Below, piece after piece: positions 51,490 through 64,000 of a stretch of 64,000 bases of DNA. The translations under genes and the position numbers were made by a program. Each line of letters opens with the position of its first letter. Position 1 is the stretch's first letter. The notes under the pieces are model-generated. The model saw nothing but the letters and a program-made list of their open reading frames with translations, did no database searches and was not told the DNA's origin. Origin of the DNA: Tubiluchus corallicola (taxonomy: Eukaryota > Animalia > Priapulida); NCBI GenBank assembly GCA_030141605.1, contig JAQGDQ010000593.1, positions 69,141 through 133,140 of the forward strand, written 5' to 3'.

Positions 51490-51923
51490 TTCTTTCTTTA
51501 GGTGCAGGATCTGTAACTTCAGGTTCCGGGTTTGCGAGCCTTTCTTTAGATGCAGGATCTGTAACTTCAGGTTCCGAGTTTGCGAGCCTTTCTTTAAATG
51601 CAGGATCTGTAACTTCAGGTTCCGAGTCTGCGAGCCTTTCTTTAAATGCAGGATCTGTAACTTCGGGTTCCGGGTTTGCGAGCCTTTCTTTAGATGCAGG
51701 ATCTGTAACTTCGGGTTCCGAGTTTACGAGCCTTTCTTTAAATGCAGGGTCTGTAACTTCGGGTTCTGGGTTTGTGAGCCTTTCTTTAAATGCAGGGTCT
51801 GTAACTTCAGGTTCCGGGTTTGTGAGCCTTTCTTTAAATGCAGGATCTGTAACTTCAGGTTCTGGGTTTGTGAGCCTTTCTTTAAATGCAGGGTCTGTAA
51901 CTTCAGGTTCCGAGTTTACGAGC
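51490..51923. repeat. 48-bp tandem repeat x ~9
   Basis: Unit TGCAGGATCTGTAACTTCAGGTTCCGGGTTTGCGAGCCTTTCTTTAGA. Confidence 0.9.
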
Positions 51924-52106
51924 CCGAAAGACAGGGCACACTTTAAGCACTGTTTGCAACTACAGTGTAACTGGTCTTCATAATTTTTTGGTTTTTGTAA
52001 GCAAATTACATACCGCAAGCAATCAGTGGAAGTAACTAGTGAATTAGTTCAAAACCTGGAAAAATTCGTGCATTCTTGGGCAAAATGTAACACTGGCAAT
52101 AACCGC

Positions 52107-54633
52107 TATGTCAATATACACACAGCTACAACTCACCGTAATGGGCCCATACTATGTCAATATACACGCAGCTACAACTCACCGTAATGGGCCCATACTA
52201 TGTCAATATACACGCAGCTACAACTCACCGTAATGGGCCCATACTATGTCAATATACACGCAGCTACAACTCACCGTAATGGGCCCATACTATGTCAATA
52301 TACACGCAGCTACAACTCACCGTAATGGGCCCATACTATGTCAATATACACGCAGCCACAACTCACCGTAATGGGCCCATACTATGTCAATATACACGCA
52401 GCTACAACTCACCGTAATGGGCCCATACTATGTCAATATACACGCAGCCACAACTCACCGTAATGGGCCCATACTATGTCAATATACACGCAGCCACAAC
52501 TCACCGTAATGGGCCCATACTATGTCAATATACACGCAGCCACAACTCACCGTAATGGGCCCATACTATGTCAATATACACGCAGCTACAACTCACCGTA
52601 ATGGGCCCATACTATGTCAATATACACGCAGCTACAACTCACCGTAATGGGCCCATACTATGTCAATATACACGCAGCTACAACTCACCGTAATGGGCCC
52701 ATACTATGTCAATATACACGCAGCCACAACTCACCGTAATGGGCCCATACTATGTCAATATACACGCAGCCACAACTCACCGTAATGGGCCCATACTATG
52801 TCAATATACACGCAGCTACAACTCACCGTAATGGGCCCATACTATGTCAATATACACGCAGCCACAACTCACCGTAATGGGCCCATACTATGTCAATATA
52901 CACGCAGCCACAACTCACCGTAATGGGCCCATACTATGTCAATATACACGCAGCTACAACTCACCGTAATGGACCCATACTATGTCAATATACACGCAGC
53001 TACAACTCACCGTAATGGGCCCATACTATGTCAATATACACGCAGCCACAACTCACCATAATGGGCCCATACTATGTCAATATACACGCAGCCACAACTC
53101 ACCGTAATGGGCCCATACTATGTCAATATACACGCAGCCACAACTCACCGTAATGGGCCCATACTATGTCAATATACACGCAGCCACAACTCACCGTAAT
53201 GGGCCCATACTATGTCAATATACACGCAGCTACAACTCACCGTAATGGGCCCATACTATGTCAATATACACGCAGCCACAACTCACCGTAATGGGCCCAT
53301 ACTATGTCAATATACACGCAGCCACAACTCACCGTAATGGGCCCATACTATGTCAATATACACGCAGCTACAACTCACCGTAATGGGCCCATACTATGTC
53401 AATATACACGCAGCCACAACTCACCGTAATGGGCCCATACTATGTCAATATACACGCAGCTACAACTCACCGTAATGGGCCCATACTATGTCAATATACA
53501 CGCAGCTACAACTCACCGTAATGGGCCCATACTATGTCAATATACACGCAGCTACAACTCACCGTAATGGGCCCATACTATGTCAATATACACGCAGCCA
53601 CAACTCACCGTAATGGGCCCATACTATGTCAATATACACGCAGCCAACTCACCGTAATGGGCCCATACTATGTCAATATACACGCAGCCACAACTCACCG
53701 TAATGGGCCCATACATGTCAATATACACGCAGCTACAACTCACCGTAATGGCCCATACTATGTCAATATACACGCAGCCACAACTCACCGTAATGGGCCC
53801 ATACTATGTCAATATACACGCAGCCACAACTCACCGTAATGGGCCCATACTATGTCAATATACACGCAGCTACAACTCACCGTAATGGACCCATACTATG
53901 TCAATATACACGCAGCTACAACTCACCGTAATGGGCCCATACTATGTCAATATACACGCAGCCACAACTCACCGTAATGGGCCCATACTATGTCAATATA
54001 CACGCAGCCACAACTCACCGTAATGGGCCCATACTATGTCAATATACACGCAGCCACAACTCACCGTAATGGGCCCATACTATGTCAATATACACGCAGC
54101 TACAACTCACCGTAATGGGCCCATACTATGTCAATATACACGCAGCTACAACTCACCGTAATGGGCCCATACTATGTCAATATACACGCAGCCACAACTC
54201 ACCGTAATGGGCCCATACTATGTCAATATACACGCAGCTACAACTCACCGTAATGGGCCCATACTATGTCAATATACACGCAGCCACAACTCACCGTAAT
54301 GGGCCCATACTATGTCAATATACACGCAGCCACAACTCACCGTAATGGGCCCATACTATGTCAATATACACGCAGCCACAACTCACCGTAATGGGCCCAT
54401 ACTATGTCAATATACATGCAGCTACAACTCACCGTAATGGGCCCATACTATCTCAATATACACGCAGCTACAACTCACCGTAATGGGCCCATACTATGTC
54501 AATATACACGCAGCTACAACTCACCGTAATGGGCCCATACTATGTCAATATACACGCAGCCACAACTCACCGTAATGGGCCCATACTATGTCAATATACA
54601 CGCAGCCACAACTCACCGTAATGGGCCCATACT
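52107..54633. repeat. 46-bp minisatellite x ~55
   Basis: Unit ACTATGTCAATATACACGCAGC(T/C)ACAACTCACCGTAATGGGCCCAT. Confidence 0.97.
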
Positions 54634-54672
54634 GTTATTATTCAAATTTATTCAAAAGTTACTTTTAAATTT
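54617..54672 (-). CDS. PIGW: Putative upstream start exon of PIGW (ATG at 54630; encodes MGPLR)
   Basis: TTTTCAG acceptor, strong Kozak context AGTATGG, then ATG GGC CCA TTA CG|GTGAGT. This phase-2 donor joins in frame to the acceptor at 49626 (G GAT CGG...), which is open to the ATG at 49565. Confidence 0.55.
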
Positions 54673-54699
54673 CTGAAAATGAAGCAGCTATCGAGCACT

Positions 54700-57037
54700 A
54701 TAAGTTTAGACCGATCTAATACTCTATAATAAAGCTACGGGAGTACAAAGGCAATGCACGCCATTTGCACAAAACCAAAATTCTACTTTTATTATAAAAA
54801 CAGAACAGAAACCTTTCAAATCAAAAATCTAACTCAACAATCTAACTCAACCCAATTTGTTTACTTGGGCACAATACAACACTCTCCCCCTTTGCGGAGA
54901 ACTCGTCACACAAAGGGAATGCAAACAAACTGGTTTGAAGGAAACACGTCAACTGATTAACTATGAAACAATATGTTAAGTGGGTCATTCTCTACAGAAC
55001 GTACAAAACAGATGTGAAAAAATCTGCTAAATAACTGCAAAGATGTTTTTAAAATTACTCTGCCCTGTTATTAATAAGGTTCCCTTGTACACAGAAAGGA
55101 TACTGACAGAGCTTAAAACACTTGTAAATATTTACTACGATCGTTTTAAAGTTATGTGAATAATTACTTTTGTCATTACTGTTACAGACATGAGGTGTGC
55201 AATACAACCTATAAACATTAACCAGTGTCATAAACCAATGCTCTTCTAAAATATATTTTTGTCCCTTGCTATAAATATCTGGTCAAATTTTTAGACAAAT
55301 GCAACATTTTTATACGTTGTACTGGTTTTCACGTTTGTTGCGCAGTGTTTGCATCTGACATGCATCTTGAATGGACGTAGCTCATTTACGAGAAAGGATG
55401 AAAAAAATATCACATTGCACGAATGTAATAGTTATGAAAATGAATTAGATGTGACACTTCATTGCTCAGAAGAAGTTTGTGTTTCAGAACTATAGAGAAA
55501 TTTTGGGCAATAACAGCAATGACAAGGTAACAGCAATGACTAGTGAGGTAACAGTAAACAGTACAACAAGAATGACTCATATACACACTATATAAGCAAC
55601 AACAAATGTTTTATAAAATCTTCCTAACTGTTTGACAAGAACATATACAGCTTTTTTAAGTTTTTTTTAGAAAAAGAACAATATCCATTTCATAAAAAAC
55701 AAACTATATAATAAATTTCAATTGGAAAATCCATCGTTTCTGCTGCGCTCTACCAGTCTTTGGAAAAAAACAGAAAATGTAATCTATCAGTAATAATTGA
55801 TTTAAAGAAGCGATATATATACATACATATATACATTTTGCTGTTTATATATATATATAATGTAAATACGTATATCAGGGGAAAAAAGGCAATGTTAAAC
55901 TATGCCCCTAAAAACTGTCCGTGCAAATCTATATTACTTAGCATTTCGCTTACCTACTGGAAACACTTATGTAACTAGACTAAACATTTAAAATGTTTGT
56001 GCCAGTTGGTCAAATGTCGCTGACTCACCCTCCAGGGTGCGCCACTCACTAACCAAACACATATTCTTAATCTTTTTGACAAGATACAGTAATTTAAAAT
56101 TTACTTCATTAGCACCATGTGTGCTACGAATGCTCTGATTTTTTCAAACTTTATTCAGTGCTATCTAAATTTGTTCCAAATGACCTTCCATCAAAATGGC
56201 TGCGCCTAACGGCCATCGCGGGAGTTTAAATTTACACGTTTTATACAACGTTATGGCCGATGCACGCCATGCATGCATACGAAAATGCAGTATGTAAGTA
56301 GTATAAAATTTCGAGACGAATTTTTTAAGCTTTATGTAAGTGGAGGGTTTTCTTGTGCTTTAAGATAGTTAAACTTATCACACAGTTAAAGCGATTCATT
56401 GCTGTCTATAGAAGCAGAAAAACTCTCCCAAAATTTACACCACTTGAATGGATTGCCATCAAATTTGCTTAGCTAGAGCTTACGTAGCTTAACGCTACTT
56501 CTGATGCCATTTGCAGACTGATTTGCTCACCAAAACAAGTACTATTACTTCTCGGTTGTACCTCAACCTCACCCAATAGTTCATACAGCCTACAATCCAT
56601 ATCGTCAAGTTCATTTTGAATTTCACAGTTATCTTTCTTTCTACATCAAAGTTGTCTGGGTCCACTAAGTCTACAATAGCCGAGTCTAGTGACTCTTATT
56701 TTTCTTTATAGCGTGACAAACGCTCTCTGAGAAATTTCATCTGATGCGATTCAATTTTCCTATCGCTCCGAACGCTACGACACTTTTCAATTAGCTGGGT
56801 AATGTGGCTACGATCTTTTTCACTAATGTACTTATTTTCGACATAGCAGCTTGATTATCCCAACTCTCCTGGGTTTCGACACCAAATATATCGACTGACC
56901 TAATACTCAAGCGGTGCACGCCATTTACACTAAACGACAATTCTACTTTTTATTACAAAAACAGAACAGAAATCTTTCAACTCAAAAATGCTACAATTTA
57001 ACTCAACCCAATTTGTTTACTTGGACACAATACAACA
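54700..57037 (-). mobile_element. Internally deleted LTR retrotransposon (two short LTRs, tRNA-Phe-like PBS, PPT, degenerate gag-like remnant)
   Basis: Direct repeats 56886-57037 and ~54700-54881, both starting TGTTGTATTGTG on the minus strand. PBS TGGTGTCGAAACCCAGG (56884-56868); PPT AAAGGGGGAGAG (54893-54882) abuts the 3' LTR. Confidence 0.7.
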
Positions 57038-58194
57038 GTCGTTTTGATCGATTAGTAAGAATAAAATGCATAATTATTCAGGTTGCAGTTACTTTATGCT
57101 TAAACGCAGCAACTTATGCTTCTAATTTGCAAGTCATGCTTTGTTTATGATTTTGTTTCCTTTTGTCAGTTATTATAATATCACATACAAACCAATCTGC
57201 TTTGTTTGTTTATAGAGCCATTTTATAGTGTTATTTCAGTTTGGTTTTCTCCTTGTATGCTTATTTCGCCGCCAGATATTCATGCTATAATTTTAACTAA
57301 AAGAGTAGCTGATTTGCTAACCTCTAGGGTTTTTTCGCGACCCTTTCTCTAATACTAACAATATATTTTTACTTTGTAACTGTTTTGTGTGTGATACAAG
57401 AGATAAATAAAATTATCTATCTATCTATTACCCAGGAACCTGTCGACCATGCCTTCATCTTTCTTGACCCCTGACCTCCGTCCGCAACTACGGTTACCCA
57501 CTTGTGATACCACATTTTCCCTCTGGTGAATCCGTTAAACGTGAGTTGAAATTTCATGTCGGAAAAATGTCTAAACAAGTGATTTTTTTAAAAAAAATCG
57601 CTATCTCATTACTGTGGATTTTTCAAAATTTTCCAAGATTTCAAGATTGTTTATTTCACATCAACGCAAATACAAAATTGTTACATTTAAGAAACAAAAC
57701 GTTTTCAATAATTCAAAGGTTAACAAGCAGTAAGATACATATAAAAAAGCAAACTTTGAAAAAACTATTAAATGATTTGTGTTGCAGGGCATTAAAGAAG
57801 CCAAGCTTGTCAAAGTTGTATAATGTACACATCGATGTGAAGTGATTCGCATGCCAGCCTAGAACAGAAGGCTGTGTTCGATTTCAACATCCTGTTCGAA
57901 GAGGAATGAAACACTTTTTCACACTTTCTGATTTAGCATGGTAATGCTTTTGTACTTTTTTTATTTTTTATACTGTCATATTTGAGCAATGTTTTAGTAA
58001 TTTAAACAAAAGTGCCTTTCACAGGAAAAGTGACATAGTCACAGCTCCTGTATTATGTTTCTTGTTGAAATCTCACCTTACTTACCAAGCTTTTGTGGGA
58101 GCCTATAAATATTGTAGAGTAAATATTATAAAAATCACCCAACTATTCATAACTCGTCTATTCAGTCAAGACCCTTTGGGTAGATAAACTACTC

Positions 58195-59130
58195 TTTGTA
58201 AATTTCATCAATGGTATTGAGACATCTGTGCACAGTAACTTGATCAAATTTGCCGATGAGACAAAAATTTATAGAAAGGTACCATCTGAACATGAAGCTA
58301 GTGAGTTGCAAAGCGATTTAGATGAGTTACGCAGGTGGAGTGTGGATTGGCAGATGATTTTTAATGTCGATAAATGCAAGGACATGCACTTTGGATACAA
58401 CAACCCTGGTAAAGAGTATTACATGAATGGAATACAGTTGGCATCCGTCAGACAAGAAAAGGATTTGTTTGTGACAGTAACTAATGACTTGAAATCTGCA
58501 AGCCAGTGTGCTGCGGTGGTGAAGAGTGCTAATCAAGCATCAAAAATGATAAAGAGACAGTTTGTATCTAGAGACATCATGACAATCATAAAATTGTATA
58601 AAAGCTTGGTAAGACCTAAATTAGAGTATTGTGTACAAGCATGGAATCCCCACTGTAGAAAAGACAATAAGCTTCTAGAGGGTATGCAACGTAGAGCAAC
58701 CAGAGCAACGTAGAGCAACGTAGAGCAACCAGAGCAACGTATGCAACTAGCATGATTGAAAGTATGGAGGAAATGTCATAACAAGAGAGGCTTAGAAAAT
58801 GCTCACTTACAACCCTTGAGTTGAGGAGACATAGAGGAGATTTGATACAAACGTATAAAATTATACATGGTTCAGGTGGCACTGAAAGAGAAAAAATGTT
58901 TACACTGGTGAGGACAGAACCAGGGGGCATTCTCTAAAAAATTTTAAATACAGAGCTAAGTTGGATTGTAGAAAATATTTCTTCATGGAAAGAGTGTTTA
59001 GAGAGTGGAATCAACTTCCGTCTGAAATTGCTAAAGCTTCTTCAGTGAACAAGTTCAAGAACAAACTGGATAGATACTTAGATACAAAATATGGGGTTTC
59101 AATGAGCTTGCTCGATTAACCTCTACCACT
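58195..59130 (+). mobile_element. CR1-like LINE 3' fragment (degenerate RT)
   Basis: KFADETK, LQSDLD..WSVDWQMIFNVDKCK, EKDL, LYKSLVRPKLEYCVQAWNP and RRHRGDLIQTYK, with frameshifts and a stop. Confidence 0.85.
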
Positions 59131-59145
59131 TATATTTTAAGAGTT

Positions 59146-59265
59146 GTGGTATGGTATGGTATGGTATGGTATGGTATGGTATGGTATGGTATGGTATGGT
59201 ATGGTATGGTATGGTATGGTATGGTATGGTATGGTATGGTATGGTATGGCATGGTATGGTATGGT
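59146..59265. repeat. (TGGTA)n pentanucleotide microsatellite
   Basis: Seen directly. Confidence 0.95.
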
Positions 59266-59594
59266 ACAGTTATTTATGACAACTGTAAATGAAGTATTCC
59301 AATAAAAATGCCTCAAACTGGGTATATGAGGCAAAGATGCAATGTGGCTGGAACAAATAAAAAACAAGCGAATGGCCGAAGTAACATAAACTCAATCCAA
59401 ACAGCAACTACTCCTGCTGTTACTTGCAAAGTTCAGTGATTAAAGCGCCATCGTTTGACAGTTTTTAAACTTTCTGAATAAATTTAGCTATTTTACACTG
59501 GAGACTGTAGTCTTTACTTGAGAAAAGTTGAACATATGTATCAACATTAACAAAGATTATTTTGATAATGTTTTGACAAATATAATTTTCTTTC

Positions 59595-59927
59595 TGTTGT
59601 GGAGATCTGGAATATTCTATGGTATAGTAGAACAACCTTCTTACCTTGTAAAACATTCGAGAACTTTCTATACGCGATGCGCGTAGTAGTTTCTAGATTG
59701 TTCCTTTGCGCTGCTATATAAGGTGGAGCTAGCCGCTGGAGTTTATTCTCAGATTCTCAGATACACACACTTTCGTTTACATGTTTTCAGATTATAACTT
59801 GACTGTACATATTTCGCGTTCCTTCATACTTTTGTGTTGTAGAATTCTTGCTAAATAAACTAGTTTTATTTGATGACGTGTTTTCTGGTTTTCTCTACGA
59901 GCCGTCTGAGAAAAACAAAACACAACA
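59595..59927 (+). mobile_element. Solo LTR
   Basis: TGTTGTG...CACAACA termini, TATATAA at ~59715, AATAAA at ~59854, near-TSD CTTTC/CTTTA. Confidence 0.65.
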
Positions 59928-60076
59928 CTTTATATTATGATATTCATTACCTAGCATAATGAGACAAAGTGCAATACTTGTAATGTTCTAGGAGAAGTGC
60001 AATACTTGTCATTTTCTAGGACCTAGAACATTATGCTCCAAATTTTCTTGCCCCATTTTTCAACTGGTAAATTATG

Positions 60077-62228
60077 ACTTGGTAAATGCTATTCGCAATT
60101 GAAAATGAATCTATTGATCTCTTCAAGCTGGATGTTGCATGGTGCTGCCACCTAGCAACGAAAATAATAGGAAAACAATGTACACTGCCTTCTGAAACTC
60201 TTCAATTGGTATGATTGGATAATGCAAACTTGGTAAATGCTATTCGCAATTGAAAATGAATCTATTAATCTCTTCCAGCTGGATGTTGCATGGTGCTGCC
60301 ACCTAGCAACGAAAATAATAGGAAAACAATTTACACTGCCATCTGAAAGCTCTTCAATTGGTATGATTGGATAATGTAAACTTGGTAAATGCTATTCGCA
60401 ATTGAAAATGAATCTATTAATCTCTTTAAGTTGGATGTTGCATGGTGCTGCCACCTAGCAACGAAAATAATAGGAAAACAATTTACACTGTCTTCTGAAA
60501 ACTCTTCAATTGGTATGATTGGATAATGCAAACTTGGTAAATGCTATTCGCAATTGAAAATGAATCTATTGATCTCTTCAAGTTGGATGCTGCATGGTGC
60601 TGCCACCTAGCAACGAAAATAATAGGAAAACAATTTACACTGCCTTCTGAAAGCTCTTCAATTGGTATGATTGGATAATGCAAACTTGGTAAATGCTATT
60701 CGCAATTGAAAATGAATCTATTAATCTCTTCAAGCTAGATGCTGCATGGTGCTGCCACCTAGCAACGAAAATAATAGGAAAACAATGTACACTGCCTTGT
60801 GAAAGCTCTTCACTTCGTATGATTGGATAATGTAAACTTGGTAAATGCTATTCGCAATTGAAAATGAATCTGTTAATCTCTTCAAGCTGGATGCTGCATG
60901 GTGCTGCCACCTGGCAACGAAAATAATAGGAAAACAATTTACACTGTCGTCTGAAAGTTCTTCAATTCCTATGATTGGATAATGTAAACTTGGTAAATGC
61001 TATTCGCAATTGAAAATGAATCTATTAATCTCTTCAAGCTGGATGCTGCATGGTGCTGCCACCTAGCAACGAAAATAATAGGAAAACAATTTACACTGCC
61101 ATCTGAAAGCTCTTCAATTGGTATGATTGGATAATGCAAACTTGGTAAATGCTATTCGCAATTGAAAATGAATCTATTAATCTCTTCAAGCTAGATGCTG
61201 CATGGTGCTGCCACCTAGCAACGAAAATAATAGCAAAACAATTTACACTGCCTTCTGAAAGCTCTTCACTTCGTATGATTGGATAATGTAAACTTGGTAA
61301 ATGCTATTCGCAATTGAAAATGAATCTATTGATCTCTTCAAGCTGGATGTTGCACGGTGCTGCCACCTAGCAACGAAAATAATAGGAAAACAATTTACAC
61401 TGCCTTGTGAAAGCTCTTCAATTCGTATGATTGGATAATGTAAACTTGGTAAATGCTATTCGCAATTGAAAATGAATCTATTAATCTCTTCAAGCTGGAT
61501 GTTGCATGGTGCTGCCACCTGCAACGAAAATAATAGGAAAACAATTTACACTGCCTTGTGAAAGCTCTTCACTTCGTATGATTGGATAATGTAAACTTGT
61601 AAATGCTATTCGCAATTGAAAATGAATCTGTTAACTTCGCTGGATGTTGCATGGTGCTGCCACCTAAACGAAAATAATAGGAAAACAATTTACACTGTCG
61701 TCTGAAAGTTCTTCAATTCCTATGATTGGATAATGTAAACTTGGTAAATGCTATTCGCAATTGAAAATAAATCCATTAATCTCTTCAAGCTGGATGCTGC
61801 ATGGTGCTGCCACCTAGCAACGAAAATAATGGGAAAACAATTTACACTGCCATCTGAAAGCTCTTCAATTGGTATGATTGGATAATGCAAACTTGGTAAA
61901 TGCTATTCGCAATTGAAAATGAATCTATTAATCTCTTCAAGCTGGATGTTGCATGGTGCTGCCACCTAGCAACGAAAATAATAGGAAAACAATGTACACT
62001 GCCTTCTGAAAGCTCTTCACTTCGTATGATTGGATAATGTAAACTTGGTAAATGCTATTCGCAATTGAAAATGAATCTATTGATCTCTTCAAGCTGGATG
62101 TTGCATGGTGCTGCCACCTAGCAACGAAAATAATAGGAAAACAATGTACACTGCCTTGTGAAGTTCTTCAATTCGTATGATTGGATAATGCAAACTTGGT
62201 AAATGCTATTCGCAATTGAAAATGAATT
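60077..62228. repeat. ~152-bp satellite x ~14
   Basis: ACTTGGTAAATGCTATTCGCAATTGAAAATG recurs with a period of ~152. Confidence 0.95.
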
Positions 62229-62366
62229 TACACTTTAAGTGTTGCTGTAATGAAATTTAGAAATGATACTTTGTGGGCTAAAAGTAATGATGGTTACTAC
62301 AAATGTTCAAATAATCTGATTTACTTGAAAATACTTAAATAATCTTGTTTACTGTTTTTAAACCAG

Positions 62367-63806
62367 CTATGTGCGCACATTTCCAAAAAAAGGTATGTCG
62401 GGGCCACCACCAGCAGGTTATAAGTGCTACAAATGTCTTCAAGCCGGGCACTGGATTTGGAACTGTACAAATACACTGAAGGTAAAGTCTATTTAAAACT
62501 TTTCACTGGATAATTTATACATCGTTATTAATTTATAAAACGTTATATTATTCACATTGTAATAAAAGGGAAAGTTTTAAAATAAGGAGGCAATGCTGCC
62601 AAGTAAGTTAGAGCATTTTACATTAGGTTTCTGGACACCTGTGCACTCGACCCTTGGAGATCAGATTTGTTATGTGTACTTATCAGGCATGATCGGACTA
62701 GGGTCCTGTGTATTGGATTAGGGCAAGATTCTCAACATTTTTGCGAATCGGATCAGATTGCAGATACATTGAAAGTAAAGCAGAAATGCAGATCGGATGC
62801 TGATAAAAAATATTTGTGGCTCTGATATTTACAAATTACTGTTATCATTAATGTTAATCCGCAACTTTGATGAACAATGTGCACGTCACGCACAGTGCAC
62901 TCGACTGTTTAGCAAATGTACCAGTTTTTTATTTTGTCGTGCTGATCTTATTTAACACTGACAGTTATTTTGTTTGTTCCATCTTCCCGATTGTGTGCAG
63001 GCTACAGAGCAGCCTAAAAGTTTTTTAATTTTTTATCACACATTCCTATGGTAGCTGCGTGTTTTTCAAAATGCAAATTATCGTTGCACAGGATTTGCAC
63101 AGGTAATTCCATTGTCTTAATTAAAACATGAATTAAATTTAGCACCGTGAGCAGGATTGCGGATTGGGAACGGATCACAGATTTGAATTAATCACTGACG
63201 CTGCAGTTGCAGATAACTGTTAATAGTGAAATGCAGATTTTTGAACAGACTGAAGATGTGCAAATTTGTGGACCAAATTGTTTGCAGGTCAAGAAATTAG
63301 CTGATCCGGTCATACCTGGTACTTACAGTGGTGAGGAAAGAAGATGTTGACTATTGATCAGTGACACTGTCCTAAGACACACTTTTAATATTCTTTTATT
63401 TTCCACACTCATCTTAGGCCTGTCATAGAGGACTTGCCACATTTGAAGAGTCATGATGGAATTTAGTTCTGTACACTGTTTAAAAATTTTTTTTTGATAT
63501 GGCCAAAAATCAAAAATATGGGGGGACTCACATTAGATGCTTGATTTACAAAAAATGGCCACTTGATGTTGAATAGAGCATATTCTTGTCTATTTTCAGT
63601 CACCTGATGATTGAAACCTTTTCTTAATCTGTTGGCTTCTATTAATCTATTTTACTGTAGAAAGGAGAGGAGGGGAAGGAAAGCAGCCGTGGTATAAAAC
63701 GGAGCTCAGGGATTCCTCGGAGTTTCATGACCACCGTGAGTGATCCATCAGTTCCGGGAGCACTTCTCACTGGTGCTGGTACCTATGCTGTTCCAAAGAT
63801 TGATGC
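62367..63806 (+). CDS. RBBP6: RBBP6-like E3 ligase exons (zinc knuckle and following region); partial, continues past the window
   Basis: Exon 62367-62481 encodes YVRTFPKKGMSGPPPAGYKCYKCLQAGHWIWNC (CCHC knuckle). Exon 63661-63806 encodes GIKRSSGIPRSFMTTVSDPSVPGALLTGAGTYAVPKIDA, resembling RBBP6 IKKSTGIPRSFMMEVKDPNMKGAMLTNTGKYAIPTIDA. AG/GT borders are phase-compatible. Confidence 0.85.
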
Positions 63807-64000
63807 GTAAGTCTACATATTTAGTGCTTTACTACGTGGCAAATATCTGTGACTTGTCACACATTTGTGAGCACTTATTATGTGCTTGTTGTAAGACACT
63901 TGTCGAGATTATGTATGGTGTGATTCACATTTACTTTGGTTTTCATTTTGACTTAACAAAAAAAAGAGAAAAGTTTCTAAAATTTTTAAGAATTGAATAT

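Noticed and set aside
52107-54633. CRISPR-like appearance of regular repeats with a palindrome
   Set aside because: No unique spacers, pure head-to-tail units, eukaryotic context and no cas genes.

Overview
AT-rich, repeat-dense metazoan (invertebrate-type) genomic DNA with spliceosomal GT-AG introns and one assembly gap (40802-41115). Reading through the introns by hand gives three conserved host genes: RNF220 (+, 11 coding exons 10566-21637, 5' end not found), PIGW (-, convergent with RNF220, about 54630-25796) and two exons of an RBBP6-like gene (+, 62367-63806). The main finding is an apparently intronless ankyrin-repeat + Mab-21/cGAS-like nucleotidyltransferase (cGLR) gene at 35210-37630. 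It lies antisense inside a PIGW intron, is interrupted by a single in-frame TAA, and sits inside a TTAA-bounded piggyBac-like element (32734-38217) that shows no transposase and whose cargo-free termini recur at 16340-17274. A second theme is that several tandem arrays are amplified exon/intron junctions of the host genes, for example about 55 copies of a putative PIGW start codon plus splice donor. The rest consists of MITEs, LINE 3' fragments, a deleted LTR element, solo LTRs, satellites and microsatellites. All gene names come from recalled motif similarity; no database search was run.
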